Shown one piece after another: positions 49,996-59,425 of a stretch of 64,000 bases of DNA. Made by a program: the position numbers and the translations under genes. Positions within the stretch are counted from its first letter, which is position 1; every line of letters begins with the position of its first letter. Below the pieces are notes generated by a model. That model saw only the letters and a program-made list of their open reading frames with translations. It was not told the DNA's origin and did no database searches. This DNA comes from an uncultured Bacilli bacterium (lineage in GTDB: Bacteria; Bacillota_I; Bacilli_A; RF39; UBA660), in NCBI GenBank assembly GCA_944358695.1, contig CALVRM010000013.1, positions 18,566 through 82,565 of the forward strand. Direction: 5' to 3'.

Positions 49996-50529
49996 CTAAT
50001 CATCTATTTTTTTGAAAGTCATAGTTTCACCAGTTACCGGAATTCTTAAAAGATTTCCAGCAAATTCAGAAACTACGGGAATATCTAAATACATAAAGGT
50101 TGTAACGCGATAATAGTAATAGCATTTATCTTTATTAACACAGTCCTCCATAAGATAAACGCAATACTCATATTCATTGGTTCGCGTAAGTAAAGTTCCT
50201 TCACTATCTTTACAAAATGAGCTAGTGTTTCGACCACCATTAGTGTTTAAAGGATAACCAACTCCAGTAGCATTGAAGGTTTTTCCATTACGGCTACCCC
50301 CACCTTTTAACCAATCGTTAATTTCATTTATTGTATTAGTGTTATAAGCATTGGCAGTCTCTTCAACCGTTTCAGCGGCTTCACCTTCTTTTTCGATCTC
50401 TTCAATAATCTTATTTTTTACTTTATAAGCCTTTGAATAGTCTAATGAACCGATAAAAAAGGCGATCAAAAGAATAACAAAAACTATTACAATATTGAAA
50501 AGCAAGGAATTACCTATGGCTTCATTCAT
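49996..50529 (-). CDS. TadE/TadF-like pseudopilin (paralog b)
   Basis: N-terminal MNEAIGNSLLFNIVIVFVILLIAFF single TM, then a secreted domain with the conserved YCVY Cys pattern. Paralog of 50526-51032. Confidence 0.45.
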   Translation of the reverse strand: MNEAIGNSLLFNIVIVFVILLIAFFIGSLDYSKAYKVKNKIIEEIEKEGEAAETVEETANAYNTNTINEINDWLKGGGSRNGKTFNATGVGYPLNTNGGRNTSSFCKDSEGTLLTRTNEYEYCVYLMEDCVNKDKCYYYYRVTTFMYLDIPVVSEFAGNLLRIPVTGETMTFKKIDD

Positions 50530-51032
50530 AAGCTACCACCTCTTGACGAAAAACGATAAACTCGCTCTCCCTTAGTATGAACAGGGATGTTTAAAACCCC
50601 AGCGATCGGTAAGTCCAGTGAAATATAGCTAACGACACTATAATTATAGTATCTTGGCTCATTACTTTTATTTTTTTCATTTTTAGAACTAGTATCATTT
50701 TCATAGTAATAAACACAGTAGAAATAGTTACTGTCGATATCGGCATTACCATTAGCTTTAGCTACTAACGGAGCACCATTTCGCTCACTTGGACATGCGT
50801 AACTACCACTATTACTAGGCCTTTGGAAATATCCAAAGTTTTCCAAACGCGAAGCTATTTCCGTTTTTGCAAGTTCATTATAACCTTCATATTTTTCAAT
50901 GGATGCTAAAATATATGAATTTACTTTAAATGCTTTATAATAGTTAATAGTTGCGCTTAGAATTCCAAAGACAATAACAATGAAAATAATAATAATATTA
51001 AGTGTTAATGTCGTTCCTATCCCTTCACGCAT
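50526..51032 (-). CDS. TadE/TadF-like pseudopilin (paralog a)
   Basis: MREGIGTTLTLNIIIIFIVIVFGIL N-terminal TM, then a secreted domain with CPSERNG...YFYCVYYY. Confidence 0.45.
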   Translation of the reverse strand: MREGIGTTLTLNIIIIFIVIVFGILSATINYYKAFKVNSYILASIEKYEGYNELAKTEIASRLENFGYFQRPSNSGSYACPSERNGAPLVAKANGNADIDSNYFYCVYYYENDTSSKNEKNKSNEPRYYNYSVVSYISLDLPIAGVLNIPVHTKGERVYRFSSRGGSL

Positions 51033-51357
51033 AACTTACCTCCTCGTATAATGTAGTTAGGATATTTTTTAACTACATTTTCTTATTTAGATTTTTGTTA
51101 AGAGATATCTATAAACTCATTATTTTGTAGATTGTAAAATCTATATTATAATGCCTGTAAAGATAGAGTAGTTTTAGCTACCTCCTTGAACATTTGGTTC
51201 TTATTAAAGACTAAAGCCCCTTCTTTACAAATTGGATATTAATAAGTTGTATAAAGATTAGTTTGTTATCTTTTGTCTTTTATTTTGAAACTTTTTCATA
51301 AAATTTATCAAAATCAACTTGACTTATTTATAGTTGTCTTTTTATTCAAAGAATTAA

Positions 51358-51525
51358 TTATTTAATAGTATTAACTTCTGATGTTCCTCTGTCAGAAATC
51401 GTATTAGCTTGATTTTGAACATTGTTCATAACAGTTGTAATAATAATTGTACCAATTGCTAAAACAATAGCAATAAGAACAATTGTAATTACTGTCATAT
51501 TCGCTTCACCTGCTGCCTCTTTCAT
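51358..51525 (-). CDS. Flp-like micro-pilin (55 aa; not in the ORF track; coordinates ±2)
   Basis: Minus strand: RBS AAGGAGGTG then MKEAAGEANMTVITIVLIAIVLAIGTIIITTVMNNVQNQANTISDRGTSEVNTIK. This is a short leader with Gly plus a single hydrophobic helix, as in Flp/Fap pilins. It lies directly upstream of the TadC/TadB/TadA genes. Confidence 0.55.
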   Translation of the reverse strand: MKEAAGEANMTVITIVLIAIVLAIGTIIITTVMNNVQNQANTISDRGTSEVNTIK

Positions 51526-51559
51526 TTAGTAGCACCTCCTTTACTTAAATATAATTATA

Positions 51560-52351
51560 CTACAAATTCATCATAGTCATCATCGAAAGTAGCAAGAACA
51601 TTAAAATTCCCCCACCTGTACCAAATAACATGACCATGGTTCTTTGTTCCATTCTATCAAGACGTTCTTTATATTTTTGCTCTCGTGCTTTGTTTTGCAA
51701 AGATGAAATGGTTCTTGAAAACATAAGCAATTGTTCCTGTTTATTTTCTTGGCTACCTAATCCAAGACGATATAACAAACGCATCATTCTCATTGAATCA
51801 CGAACTGGATATTCATTAGCAAAGTCCATATATGGTTGAACACTAGAGTCTCCGGCATCAATTTTTTGAATTAAACGTTTAAGCCCTGGTTTGAAGATAT
51901 CAGGCGCTGTATCAATTGATCTTGAAAGAGCCACTGGAACAGTATAATGTTGAATTAATATTTCCAAACTTTTTAAATAGTATGGAAGAGTTAAATTAAT
52001 TCGATGTAAATTATTTTTATAATATTTTTTTAAATTTTGGTAAGGCATTTTAAAGACTAAATACCCAACAATTATAGAAATTAGGAAATAGACGAAAGAC
52101 ATTTTTGACATTAAGATAAACATGACAGCAACGATGGCAATTAACCCATTTCTAATTCTTTGACTATATAATTTATTGACATCAACTTCACCATATTTAA
52201 CATTAAGCAAAAATTCATAATCATCTTCCATTAAAAATCTAAAATAAGGTTCAACATCATTAACAAATCGTTTTGAACTAAAATGATGATTGTATTCTAG
52301 GATCAGAATAAAAATTAGTCCAATGATAATAAATATTATTCCTAAATTCAT
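51560..52351 (-). CDS. TadC-like (T2SS-F domain) inner-membrane platform protein
   Basis: 263 aa with 3 TM and a cytoplasmic helical domain LTLPYYLKSLEILIQHYTVPVALSRSIDTAPDIFKPGLKRLIQKI of the GspF/TadBC type. Confidence 0.5.
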   Translation of the reverse strand: MNLGIIFIIIGLIFILILEYNHHFSSKRFVNDVEPYFRFLMEDDYEFLLNVKYGEVDVNKLYSQRIRNGLIAIVAVMFILMSKMSFVYFLISIIVGYLVFKMPYQNLKKYYKNNLHRINLTLPYYLKSLEILIQHYTVPVALSRSIDTAPDIFKPGLKRLIQKIDAGDSSVQPYMDFANEYPVRDSMRMMRLLYRLGLGSQENKQEQLLMFSRTISSLQNKAREQKYKERLDRMEQRTMVMLFGTGGGILMFLLLSMMTMMNL

Positions 52352-53253
52352 TATTCAGCCCCCACATCTTCATTATAGTATTTTTCCCCACTAAGAAGGA
52401 AATATGTATTGAGGATAACAATCCCGTGTAACAATAGTTGAACCCACCAGCTTTGAAGCATTTCAATATATGTATCGACACTGAGAAGAATTTGAACAAG
52501 CATTACCATTAAATATAAAATAATACCGAATTTTAAGAATTTTTTATGGAAATCGGCACGATCTAATCGGTCACGGTACACGCTTTCCACAAGCATATCG
52601 ATATCCAAACTCATATTCTCTAATGACTCACCAGCATCTCTTGAACCTTCATTGGTAATTTGTAAAAACAATTGGTGCATATTTCTTACAATATAATAAT
52701 CGTATTTAGCATTGAAAAAATCGATTGATTGATTAACGGTTCCATTTTCATAAGCCATGTCGATCATTGTCTTTACATCAGCTTTTACAGGATCTTCAAG
52801 AACGCCTGATTCATATACACCTTCTAAAGCTTTTACAAATGATTGTGTAGTTTGAAATTCCATGATGGTATTGGTAGTATATACTTGAATTTGTTCAAAA
52901 ATAAATTCACTATATACTCGCTTACATCTTAAGTAAGTTAAATAAGGAATAACGATTATTGAAAGAGTAGCATAAATTATCGAAATAGCAATGTTATAAA
53001 AATACAAGTATGTGAGAATGGCCGATGAAGCGGCAAAAACGATAATTTGAATAGTATACTGTCTTGCAGTATATTCTTGTCCTAACTCTTTAACTTTTTC
53101 CCTAATTACCCTAAATGAATAAGGAGTATATTTTTCGTATATATAGTTAACCTTTTGGTTAATAAATTTGTAAGCATTTGTCTTCTTATTACTGCGATAA
53201 ACAACAACAAATATGGCAATCGCAAGAACAATTAGAAATATAATAAATGTCAT
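52351..53253 (-). CDS. TadB-like (T2SS-F domain) inner-membrane platform protein
   Basis: 300 aa, TM-cytoplasmic domain-TM topology, with an ATGA overlap with the downstream gene. Confidence 0.5.
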   Translation of the reverse strand: MTFIIFLIVLAIAIFVVVYRSNKKTNAYKFINQKVNYIYEKYTPYSFRVIREKVKELGQEYTARQYTIQIIVFAASSAILTYLYFYNIAISIIYATLSIIVIPYLTYLRCKRVYSEFIFEQIQVYTTNTIMEFQTTQSFVKALEGVYESGVLEDPVKADVKTMIDMAYENGTVNQSIDFFNAKYDYYIVRNMHQLFLQITNEGSRDAGESLENMSLDIDMLVESVYRDRLDRADFHKKFLKFGIILYLMVMLVQILLSVDTYIEMLQSWWVQLLLHGIVILNTYFLLSGEKYYNEDVGAE

Positions 53254-53267
53254 ACTTTTTCCCTCCT

Positions 53268-54449
53268 TTATTCAAATAAATTTTCGGTTTTTTGAGCCGC
53301 AATACCAGGGGTTATCGTTGGCACGGGTTGTGAATATGGTACTTGACTTGTAGCCACAGGCTCGTTATTTCCTGCTGGAACAGGAATTCTTTCCCCAAGG
53401 AAACGCATTTCCTCTGGTAAGAAAACTCCTTGTACTTCTAAATAATCGATTAAATAAGGACTTGGATTATTTCGAACGACTTGTCCATCGGCACCTTTTC
53501 GATAAAGAACATTATGTTTAGCTTCGTTGTCTTTATCGACATAAAACTCCGTAACTTCTGCGATCTCACGGATAAATTTATGGGTTTCTTTATCGGTATA
53601 ACCACGAACATAAATACCGATTTGGACATATCTATGAATCGTCTTAATAAATTGATCAATATCTTGGCTTGTCTCTAACAAGCTATACATACGCTGCGGA
53701 ATAGAAGCGGCTTTATCAGCATGGATTGTTGATAAAATGTAATGTCCTGAAGATATTGAATTTCGAACCGCTAATACAGCTTCCGCACTACGAACTTCTG
53801 ATAATAAGATCCATTTAGGATTTTGACGCATACATGTAACTAATACATCAGTATATGAAGCGATGTTATTGGTTTTCATGGCAACAATATCACGGTGAGG
53901 GAAAATTTTATCTAAATGAAGTTCCAGCGTATCTTCAATTGTTATAATCTTTTCATCTTCAGCTATTTTTGAAGCCAAGTATTTTACTAATTCAGTTTTT
54001 CCTGAACCAGTTTCTCCACAAGCGATAATATTACAATGTCCTTTGACACAATACTCTAGAAACTCGTGAATATCTGGCTCAATATATTTTTCAGCAATGA
54101 TTTTTTCTTTTTGTAATCTGATTTTAGCCGGTGTTTTACGAATAACACAAGCAATTCCATTTGTCGCAATTGAATCATGAACGAAATTTAAACGAAGTTC
54201 GGCACTTTCAGCATCCAAGAAAGGGTGAGCCATATTAAAGGTTTTACCCATGACGTTAGAACACTGAAAGGCCAATTTTTCCATAAAAGCATCATTAATT
54301 GCAGAGTTTTCTATACGATAAATACCTTTATCTAAGGTTTTTAAATGAATTTGTCCTTTGTTATCGTAAGAAATATCGGTTATTTGCTCGTTTTCTAAAT
54401 ATTCTTTTAATGGACCAAAATCTATTTGGTCAAACATATTTTCATTCAT
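53268..54449 (-). CDS. CpaF/TadA-family secretion ATPase (VirB11/GspE superfamily)
   Basis: Walker A CGETGSGKTE, Asp box ...IITIEDTLEL, His box ...STIHA. 393 aa. Confidence 0.8.
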   Translation of the reverse strand: MNENMFDQIDFGPLKEYLENEQITDISYDNKGQIHLKTLDKGIYRIENSAINDAFMEKLAFQCSNVMGKTFNMAHPFLDAESAELRLNFVHDSIATNGIACVIRKTPAKIRLQKEKIIAEKYIEPDIHEFLEYCVKGHCNIIACGETGSGKTELVKYLASKIAEDEKIITIEDTLELHLDKIFPHRDIVAMKTNNIASYTDVLVTCMRQNPKWILLSEVRSAEAVLAVRNSISSGHYILSTIHADKAASIPQRMYSLLETSQDIDQFIKTIHRYVQIGIYVRGYTDKETHKFIREIAEVTEFYVDKDNEAKHNVLYRKGADGQVVRNNPSPYLIDYLEVQGVFLPEEMRFLGERIPVPAGNNEPVATSQVPYSQPVPTITPGIAAQKTENLFE

Positions 54450-54452
54450 AAA

Positions 54453-55520
54453 TTATTGCCCCGTAGTTCCAGCTGAATTAGTTGTTCCTATATTTATATC
54501 TTCCATAAGGGTGTGAAGTGTACCATCTTCTTCAGTTACTGTTGCTTCTAAAGTACCCTTGGCCGTAAATTGAACTGTTTGTTTGGTTTTTGTTACTTTG
54601 ACCGTTTGACCGTTATCTTTAGTATAAGTACAAGTGTAGGTACTACCGCAACCTTTTGGATACGTAATGGTTACTCTATTAGGAGTACCACCAGTTTGAG
54701 TAATTGTTGGCATTAATTCATCATTTTCTGTGGTAGTATTTGTGGTAATTGGAATATTAACAGCATGAGCTTCAATGTAATCTGCTAATTGCTGTGTTGA
54801 TACTTCAGTAGCTCCTTCGGTACTAACACTTCCACCATGAGGAACTGGGAATAATACTACTCCAAGTGAACTCATATAAGAAGCTTTTCTTAATAATAAG
54901 TTAATTTCTTCTGGAACACCGAAAATTAACATTGATGGACTTCTATCTTCGCTAGTGTTTTCAAAAACATCTTTTCCACCAGAATCTTTAACAGCTAACA
55001 CTTCTACGTTTTCTACTAATTTACCTAACATAACTTTTTCGTCATTACCATTTCCGGTTTTCATATAAATATCAATTTTATTTCCAGGATAAATTGAATT
55101 ACCGTAAGTTGTTTCCATGTCTACTGGGAAGTTATACACAACTTCACCTTTTTTTACTTTTAAGAAAACTGAATCTGGCAATTTACTCTTAGTGACAACA
55201 GTATCTGTATAGAACATGCTACCTTTAGGAATTACAGAATTAACGTTACTATAATTACCAACAACACTATTTCTGTCAGTAATAACATTATCTCCTATCG
55301 AAATGGCTGGCATGTCCACCAATGTAACCATGTCACTGGTAATTTCCGTTCTTGGTTGAATTGTTTCCGTTGCTACGGGAACTCTAACAGGCTGAACGGC
55401 ATTATTAATTTGGCTACTGTATCCGATATACAATAACACTAGAATGATGATTACCCCAAGTATGGTAACCGTGTTTTTGTTTTTCAAGAATCTCTGCGCC
55501 GAAGCTAAAAAATTATTCAT
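54453..55520 (-). CDS. CpaB/RcpC-like pilus assembly protein
   Basis: N-terminal TM, SAF-like segment VRVPVATETIQPRTEITSDMVTLVDMPA..., then a Thr-rich C-terminus. Confidence 0.55.
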   Translation of the reverse strand: MNNFLASAQRFLKNKNTVTILGVIIILVLLYIGYSSQINNAVQPVRVPVATETIQPRTEITSDMVTLVDMPAISIGDNVITDRNSVVGNYSNVNSVIPKGSMFYTDTVVTKSKLPDSVFLKVKKGEVVYNFPVDMETTYGNSIYPGNKIDIYMKTGNGNDEKVMLGKLVENVEVLAVKDSGGKDVFENTSEDRSPSMLIFGVPEEINLLLRKASYMSSLGVVLFPVPHGGSVSTEGATEVSTQQLADYIEAHAVNIPITTNTTTENDELMPTITQTGGTPNRVTITYPKGCGSTYTCTYTKDNGQTVKVTKTKQTVQFTAKGTLEATVTEEDGTLHTLMEDINIGTTNSAGTTGQ

Positions 55521-55547
55521 ATTTTTCTCCTCTTTTCTCTTTTATTT

Positions 55548-55964
55548 TTAATATGGTGTTTCCATTATAGCATCGATTGTATTAGTCAAATCAAATGTAA
55601 AAGTCTCATCATCTAAAAGTATTGCTGCCGGAGAGCCACTAACTCCACTAGATACCCGTAAACTAACTTTTGGCGGTGACTCATTTACATCTATTACCTC
55701 GATACGATATTTACGTCCCGTATGAGCACTTTCAGCAAATCTGCGAACAAAATTTTCAACAAATTTTTCTCTATCGATTCTAACTATTCGTGAAGTTTTA
55801 AAACTCCCATAATCTAAAGCATCCCACATAGCCGCTTCTGTGATTTCTTTTAACAATTGTGAATTGTGCTCATCAGTATTTGTAATAGTTTGAAACAATA
55901 CAATGAAGAAGATTGAGGTTACGCCTAGCATAATTACTAAAACGCCCCATAACGATTTACTCAT
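55548..55964 (-). CDS. Small N-terminally anchored protein (TadE-like pseudopilin?)
   Basis: MSKSLWGVLVIMLGVTSIFFIVLFQ TM followed by a ~110-aa domain. Confidence 0.4.
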   Translation of the reverse strand: MSKSLWGVLVIMLGVTSIFFIVLFQTITNTDEHNSQLLKEITEAAMWDALDYGSFKTSRIVRIDREKFVENFVRRFAESAHTGRKYRIEVIDVNESPPKVSLRVSSGVSGSPAAILLDDETFTFDLTNTIDAIMETPY

Positions 55965-55977
55965 TTATCATCACCCC

Positions 55978-58749
55978 TCACCTTCCTGCTGCTCCATACT
56001 TACAACTATAAAATCCATCGTGCCCTGCTCCTTTGCAAAGGCCCCCAGATGCATAAGTTCTTATGAAATCACTTAAGCAAGCTGTTCCATCTTTATTACA
56101 TGAAAGATCAAAATCACTATATGATGTGCTTTTATTATAACTTCTTATTGATTTTATTTTGTTACCATCTAAATCAAAGGTATAAATTGCACTTTGATTA
56201 TAAACCGTTTCATTTTTTACATCACGATTCATGTTTATTGCTGTTTCAATAACGCGACTGGTATTTTGCGTACATTGCAAATTGCCATTTCGATCAATTG
56301 AACACCAATTGGCCCCTGAATTACGTCCAATTCCACTGATTCCAGGGAATGAAGTAATTAAATCAATCGGGCGATAAATAATGTCAATACCATTTGGACA
56401 ATCTTCTCCTGTTGGACATCCGATTGGTACCCCTGGCTTACAAATACTATATTTGCTGGTATAATTTTTGCAATCTTTAGGACCGTCTGCTAAATACCAT
56501 TTACCAGTTGTCGGATTTAAACGATGTATTTCACAACTCTTATAATCGTCAATGCTCACACATCTTTCATCGGGTCCACCTTCATATGGACATTTTTCAC
56601 CATATAAATCCTCGTATTTAGAACAGTTCCCAGTCTCAACCACTTTTCCGTTTTCAATTATTTGGCACTGATTACTAGATACTCGTTTACAGTCTTTTAA
56701 ACCACCATCAGGCACACATTGACCAACATTTACTGAATTACAGTCTACTTCGCGGTCATCAACATAGCACTTTCCTGATTTTTTTACACAATTGGTATAT
56801 GTTTTGATCGGGCACACATATTCATCGTTATTTACGCTTTTGCAGTTGCCTAATTTACTATCTGATTTTCGGTCGTTTTTGCACTTATTATATTCAGAAG
56901 TTCCAAGGCCATATAATTTAGCACAAGCTGTTTGTGATTCAGCTTCACCCTCAACACTAGTATTATAAATGTTTTTTTCACTTTTTACATTAGCGGCACC
57001 AAAATAATCTGATTGGCTTTTGGCATTCCAAGCATCTTTCATATAGCTATTGTCAGTTGGGAAATCATAAGTTAATTTAATAAACGCCGACATTTCTGCA
57101 TACTTCTCGTTTGCCTGTTTAAGTGACACAGGAAGATTAGGAACACCAGAATCAATATAGCTATCTAAATCATCTTTTGGTTTAGAAAATTCTGATTTGA
57201 TATCCTTATTTATATAACGGTATAGATTTTCTGGAAGTAAATACTGTGAAGTTAAGCTCATAGTTAATGTTCCGCCACTTATCGTTTTCTTAACCTCACC
57301 TTTGTTTTCTCTAATTGTATTATTAGCGTTTCCTCCAGAACCTTTTAACTTAGTTGTATAGTCAGTGTCATTGTTTTTCCCATCTACCATTGAATTTGTA
57401 TCAATTCTATATGTTTTAGCATTGCTATTGTAGCTACTATTTTTACTTCCGATAGAAACTAATCTATCAATACTTTCACCTTCAACATAGTGAATAGTTA
57501 CACTACCAGCTGATTTTAAGGTGTTACTATTGGAAAAATTTTGAAGTCTACTTACATTACCACTTTTACTTTGACATTGCATTGTTCTCGTAACTTCGAT
57601 CGGAGCAAAATTAGGATGCATATTTTGCGGAGCTTTTAGTCCAGCTGTAAAATAGCTTCCACTTTGAATACTAATTGTTTGATTGGCATTAGGAAATGTT
57701 ATTTTATATTCTTCACGGCAATAAACATCATCAGCCTTTTTATAATGTTTCTTTACGTTATTGACATCATTACTATCACTTTCTTTTATAGCTTCCCAAT
57801 TAGGCGTATCTTGAATTATATAACTACCTTTGTCAGTTGATAAAGTGCTTGTGCAGTTTTCACAAGCTGCATCTATACTATAATTGTAATCTTTTTTTAT
57901 AGCTTCTGGGCTGATTCCGATTATATTATAGCCAGCTCCATCGTAGCGGTCATTAAATTTATCAAATAGTGATTTGTTAGCACCACTAGGAACATAATTA
58001 TTAAATGGTCCAATACTAACAAAGCCGCCAAAGAAAGCTGCCCATGGGTAACCATTACTTGTCCCAAATTTTCTTAAATCAGCACTCCTAATTCCAATAT
58101 CATCTTTAGTTGTAAAAAGATCACCATTATAACTTGATCCAAACAAGCTTTTCATTGGCCCCAACTTAGAGGCCATCTCTTTTCTAGGAACTACTTGCAC
58201 GCATGCATTTGAGCCATCATTCCAACACTGTAATTCCTGAACAAGAATCCTATATCCATACGAATCAATACCGCCTGGAATGGAAGTTTTGCGATCTAGT
58301 GATCTAACGTTTATATCAAAATCATTCAAATATGTTTGTAAAGTATTGGCATCGCCAATTACCATATTATCTAATACTAGACCGTTATATAATTCACCTG
58401 ATAGGTTAGCTAAAGTCCCGCTATTTACATAACGACACCCGTTGTTGTTGGCGTATGCTTGTGCTTTACTTTCTAAGTCATAAATATTGCCCTTATGTTT
58501 GCCACTATAAGCAACTACGCATTTTTCTTCGCTATAACTACCACCTTGCGGTCTATACACAAAACTATATTTATAAACGCCAGGTTTATAACCCGAACCA
58601 GAGTTACTTAAACCAGAAACTATGCCTCCTGTGTTCCCGCCGCCGCCACCTTGGTCACCAGTACTCCAAGCGTTAGCTATATTAATTCCACAGACAAAAA
58701 GCAAAATCACGGTTAAGAAAAATATTATTTTTTTCTTTTTCGAAATCAT
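55978..58749 (-). CDS. Large secreted, extremely Cys-rich protein (923 aa); candidate pilus-associated adhesin or tip protein
   Basis: Signal peptide ...INIANA, a Gly-rich stretch, and >40 Cys concentrated in the C-terminal 350 aa (CxxxC/CxnC arrays). Confidence 0.5.
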   Translation of the reverse strand: MISKKKKIIFFLTVILLFVCGINIANAWSTGDQGGGGGNTGGIVSGLSNSGSGYKPGVYKYSFVYRPQGGSYSEEKCVVAYSGKHKGNIYDLESKAQAYANNNGCRYVNSGTLANLSGELYNGLVLDNMVIGDANTLQTYLNDFDINVRSLDRKTSIPGGIDSYGYRILVQELQCWNDGSNACVQVVPRKEMASKLGPMKSLFGSSYNGDLFTTKDDIGIRSADLRKFGTSNGYPWAAFFGGFVSIGPFNNYVPSGANKSLFDKFNDRYDGAGYNIIGISPEAIKKDYNYSIDAACENCTSTLSTDKGSYIIQDTPNWEAIKESDSNDVNNVKKHYKKADDVYCREEYKITFPNANQTISIQSGSYFTAGLKAPQNMHPNFAPIEVTRTMQCQSKSGNVSRLQNFSNSNTLKSAGSVTIHYVEGESIDRLVSIGSKNSSYNSNAKTYRIDTNSMVDGKNNDTDYTTKLKGSGGNANNTIRENKGEVKKTISGGTLTMSLTSQYLLPENLYRYINKDIKSEFSKPKDDLDSYIDSGVPNLPVSLKQANEKYAEMSAFIKLTYDFPTDNSYMKDAWNAKSQSDYFGAANVKSEKNIYNTSVEGEAESQTACAKLYGLGTSEYNKCKNDRKSDSKLGNCKSVNNDEYVCPIKTYTNCVKKSGKCYVDDREVDCNSVNVGQCVPDGGLKDCKRVSSNQCQIIENGKVVETGNCSKYEDLYGEKCPYEGGPDERCVSIDDYKSCEIHRLNPTTGKWYLADGPKDCKNYTSKYSICKPGVPIGCPTGEDCPNGIDIIYRPIDLITSFPGISGIGRNSGANWCSIDRNGNLQCTQNTSRVIETAINMNRDVKNETVYNQSAIYTFDLDGNKIKSIRSYNKSTSYSDFDLSCNKDGTACLSDFIRTYASGGLCKGAGHDGFYSCKYGAAGR

Positions 58750-58750
58750 G

Positions 58751-59389
58751 TTAAAACTCCTTTCGACGTTTTTTATATAAAAACAGTCCGATTAAAACGA
58801 TAAAACCAGCGATACAAACGAGAATGATTGTACGATTTTCTTTAAAAAATTCAAATATTTTTTCTTGTAAATTGGGTTCTTCAACTTCGCCTTCAATAGC
58901 ATTTTGATTTCTATATGCTTTTAATGCATCATTAAATTGATCAACAGTTATAGTTGTATTTAGCCACATAGCGCAAAATTGAAAATTAGGATATTTTTTG
59001 CATTCATCACTGGTAGAGAAAAAGTTATATTTGGGCAGTGTAATATATTGAGTGAGTAGTTTATCGCCACGGCAATTTTGATCATTTGAATAAATGTCAA
59101 AAGAAATATTCATACCATTATTAGAATAATTCAGTTGTTTTTCCCCTGAACCATAGATGGTTTGACCAAGTGAATTCTCTTTAATATATATATCATTTGT
59201 TAAGTTGTTGATGTTAACTGTAAATTTAGGATAACCATCAACCATTTCATAGTTATAACTAAATTGAACGTTGGATGCTATTCTTGAAAGTTCAGCTTGC
59301 CTTTCATAACTGCATTCAGCATGGGTAATTAAAGGCGATATAAACATGCAACCTAAAAATACAATTAAACATTTAAATTTTGGTTTCAA
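58751..59389 (-). CDS. Secreted protein with a C-terminal TM anchor
   Basis: Signal peptide ...ITHAEC, C-terminal ILVCIAGFIVLIGLFLYKKRRK, and 6 Cys. Confidence 0.5.
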   Translation of the reverse strand: MKPKFKCLIVFLGCMFISPLITHAECSYERQAELSRIASNVQFSYNYEMVDGYPKFTVNINNLTNDIYIKENSLGQTIYGSGEKQLNYSNNGMNISFDIYSNDQNCRGDKLLTQYITLPKYNFFSTSDECKKYPNFQFCAMWLNTTITVDQFNDALKAYRNQNAIEGEVEEPNLQEKIFEFFKENRTIILVCIAGFIVLIGLFLYKKRRKEF

Positions 59390-59425
59390 AGGCTTAGCCT
59401 CCTTTCCTATTATAACATATTATCA

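Noticed and set aside
3459-53678. Numerous short ORF-track entries embedded in or antisense to larger genes (e.g. 3459-3677, 4661-4900, 5300-5494, 6479-6664, 8880-9149, 10945-11142, 13357-13680, 14201-14392, 16171-16401, 17009-17263, 19298-19585, 25761-25979, 30796-31032, 31417-31605, 32990-33727, 34601-34834, 36525-36767, 40052-40720, 45889-46101, 47045-47986, 48254-48526, 51630-51839, 52278-52499, 53450-53678, 58455-58676)
   Set aside because: All overlap stronger ORFs with recognisable protein families, lack RBSs and have AT-rich, codon-biased spurious translations (I/L/F/K runs).
53268-54449. Possibility that the secretion ATPase is VirB11 (T4SS) rather than CpaF/TadA
   Set aside because: It is immediately flanked by two T2SS-F-type platform proteins, a CpaB-like protein and a Flp-like pilin, which fits Tad. 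Without profile scoring the VirB11 alternative cannot be excluded, so the gene is reported as CpaF/TadA with that caveat.
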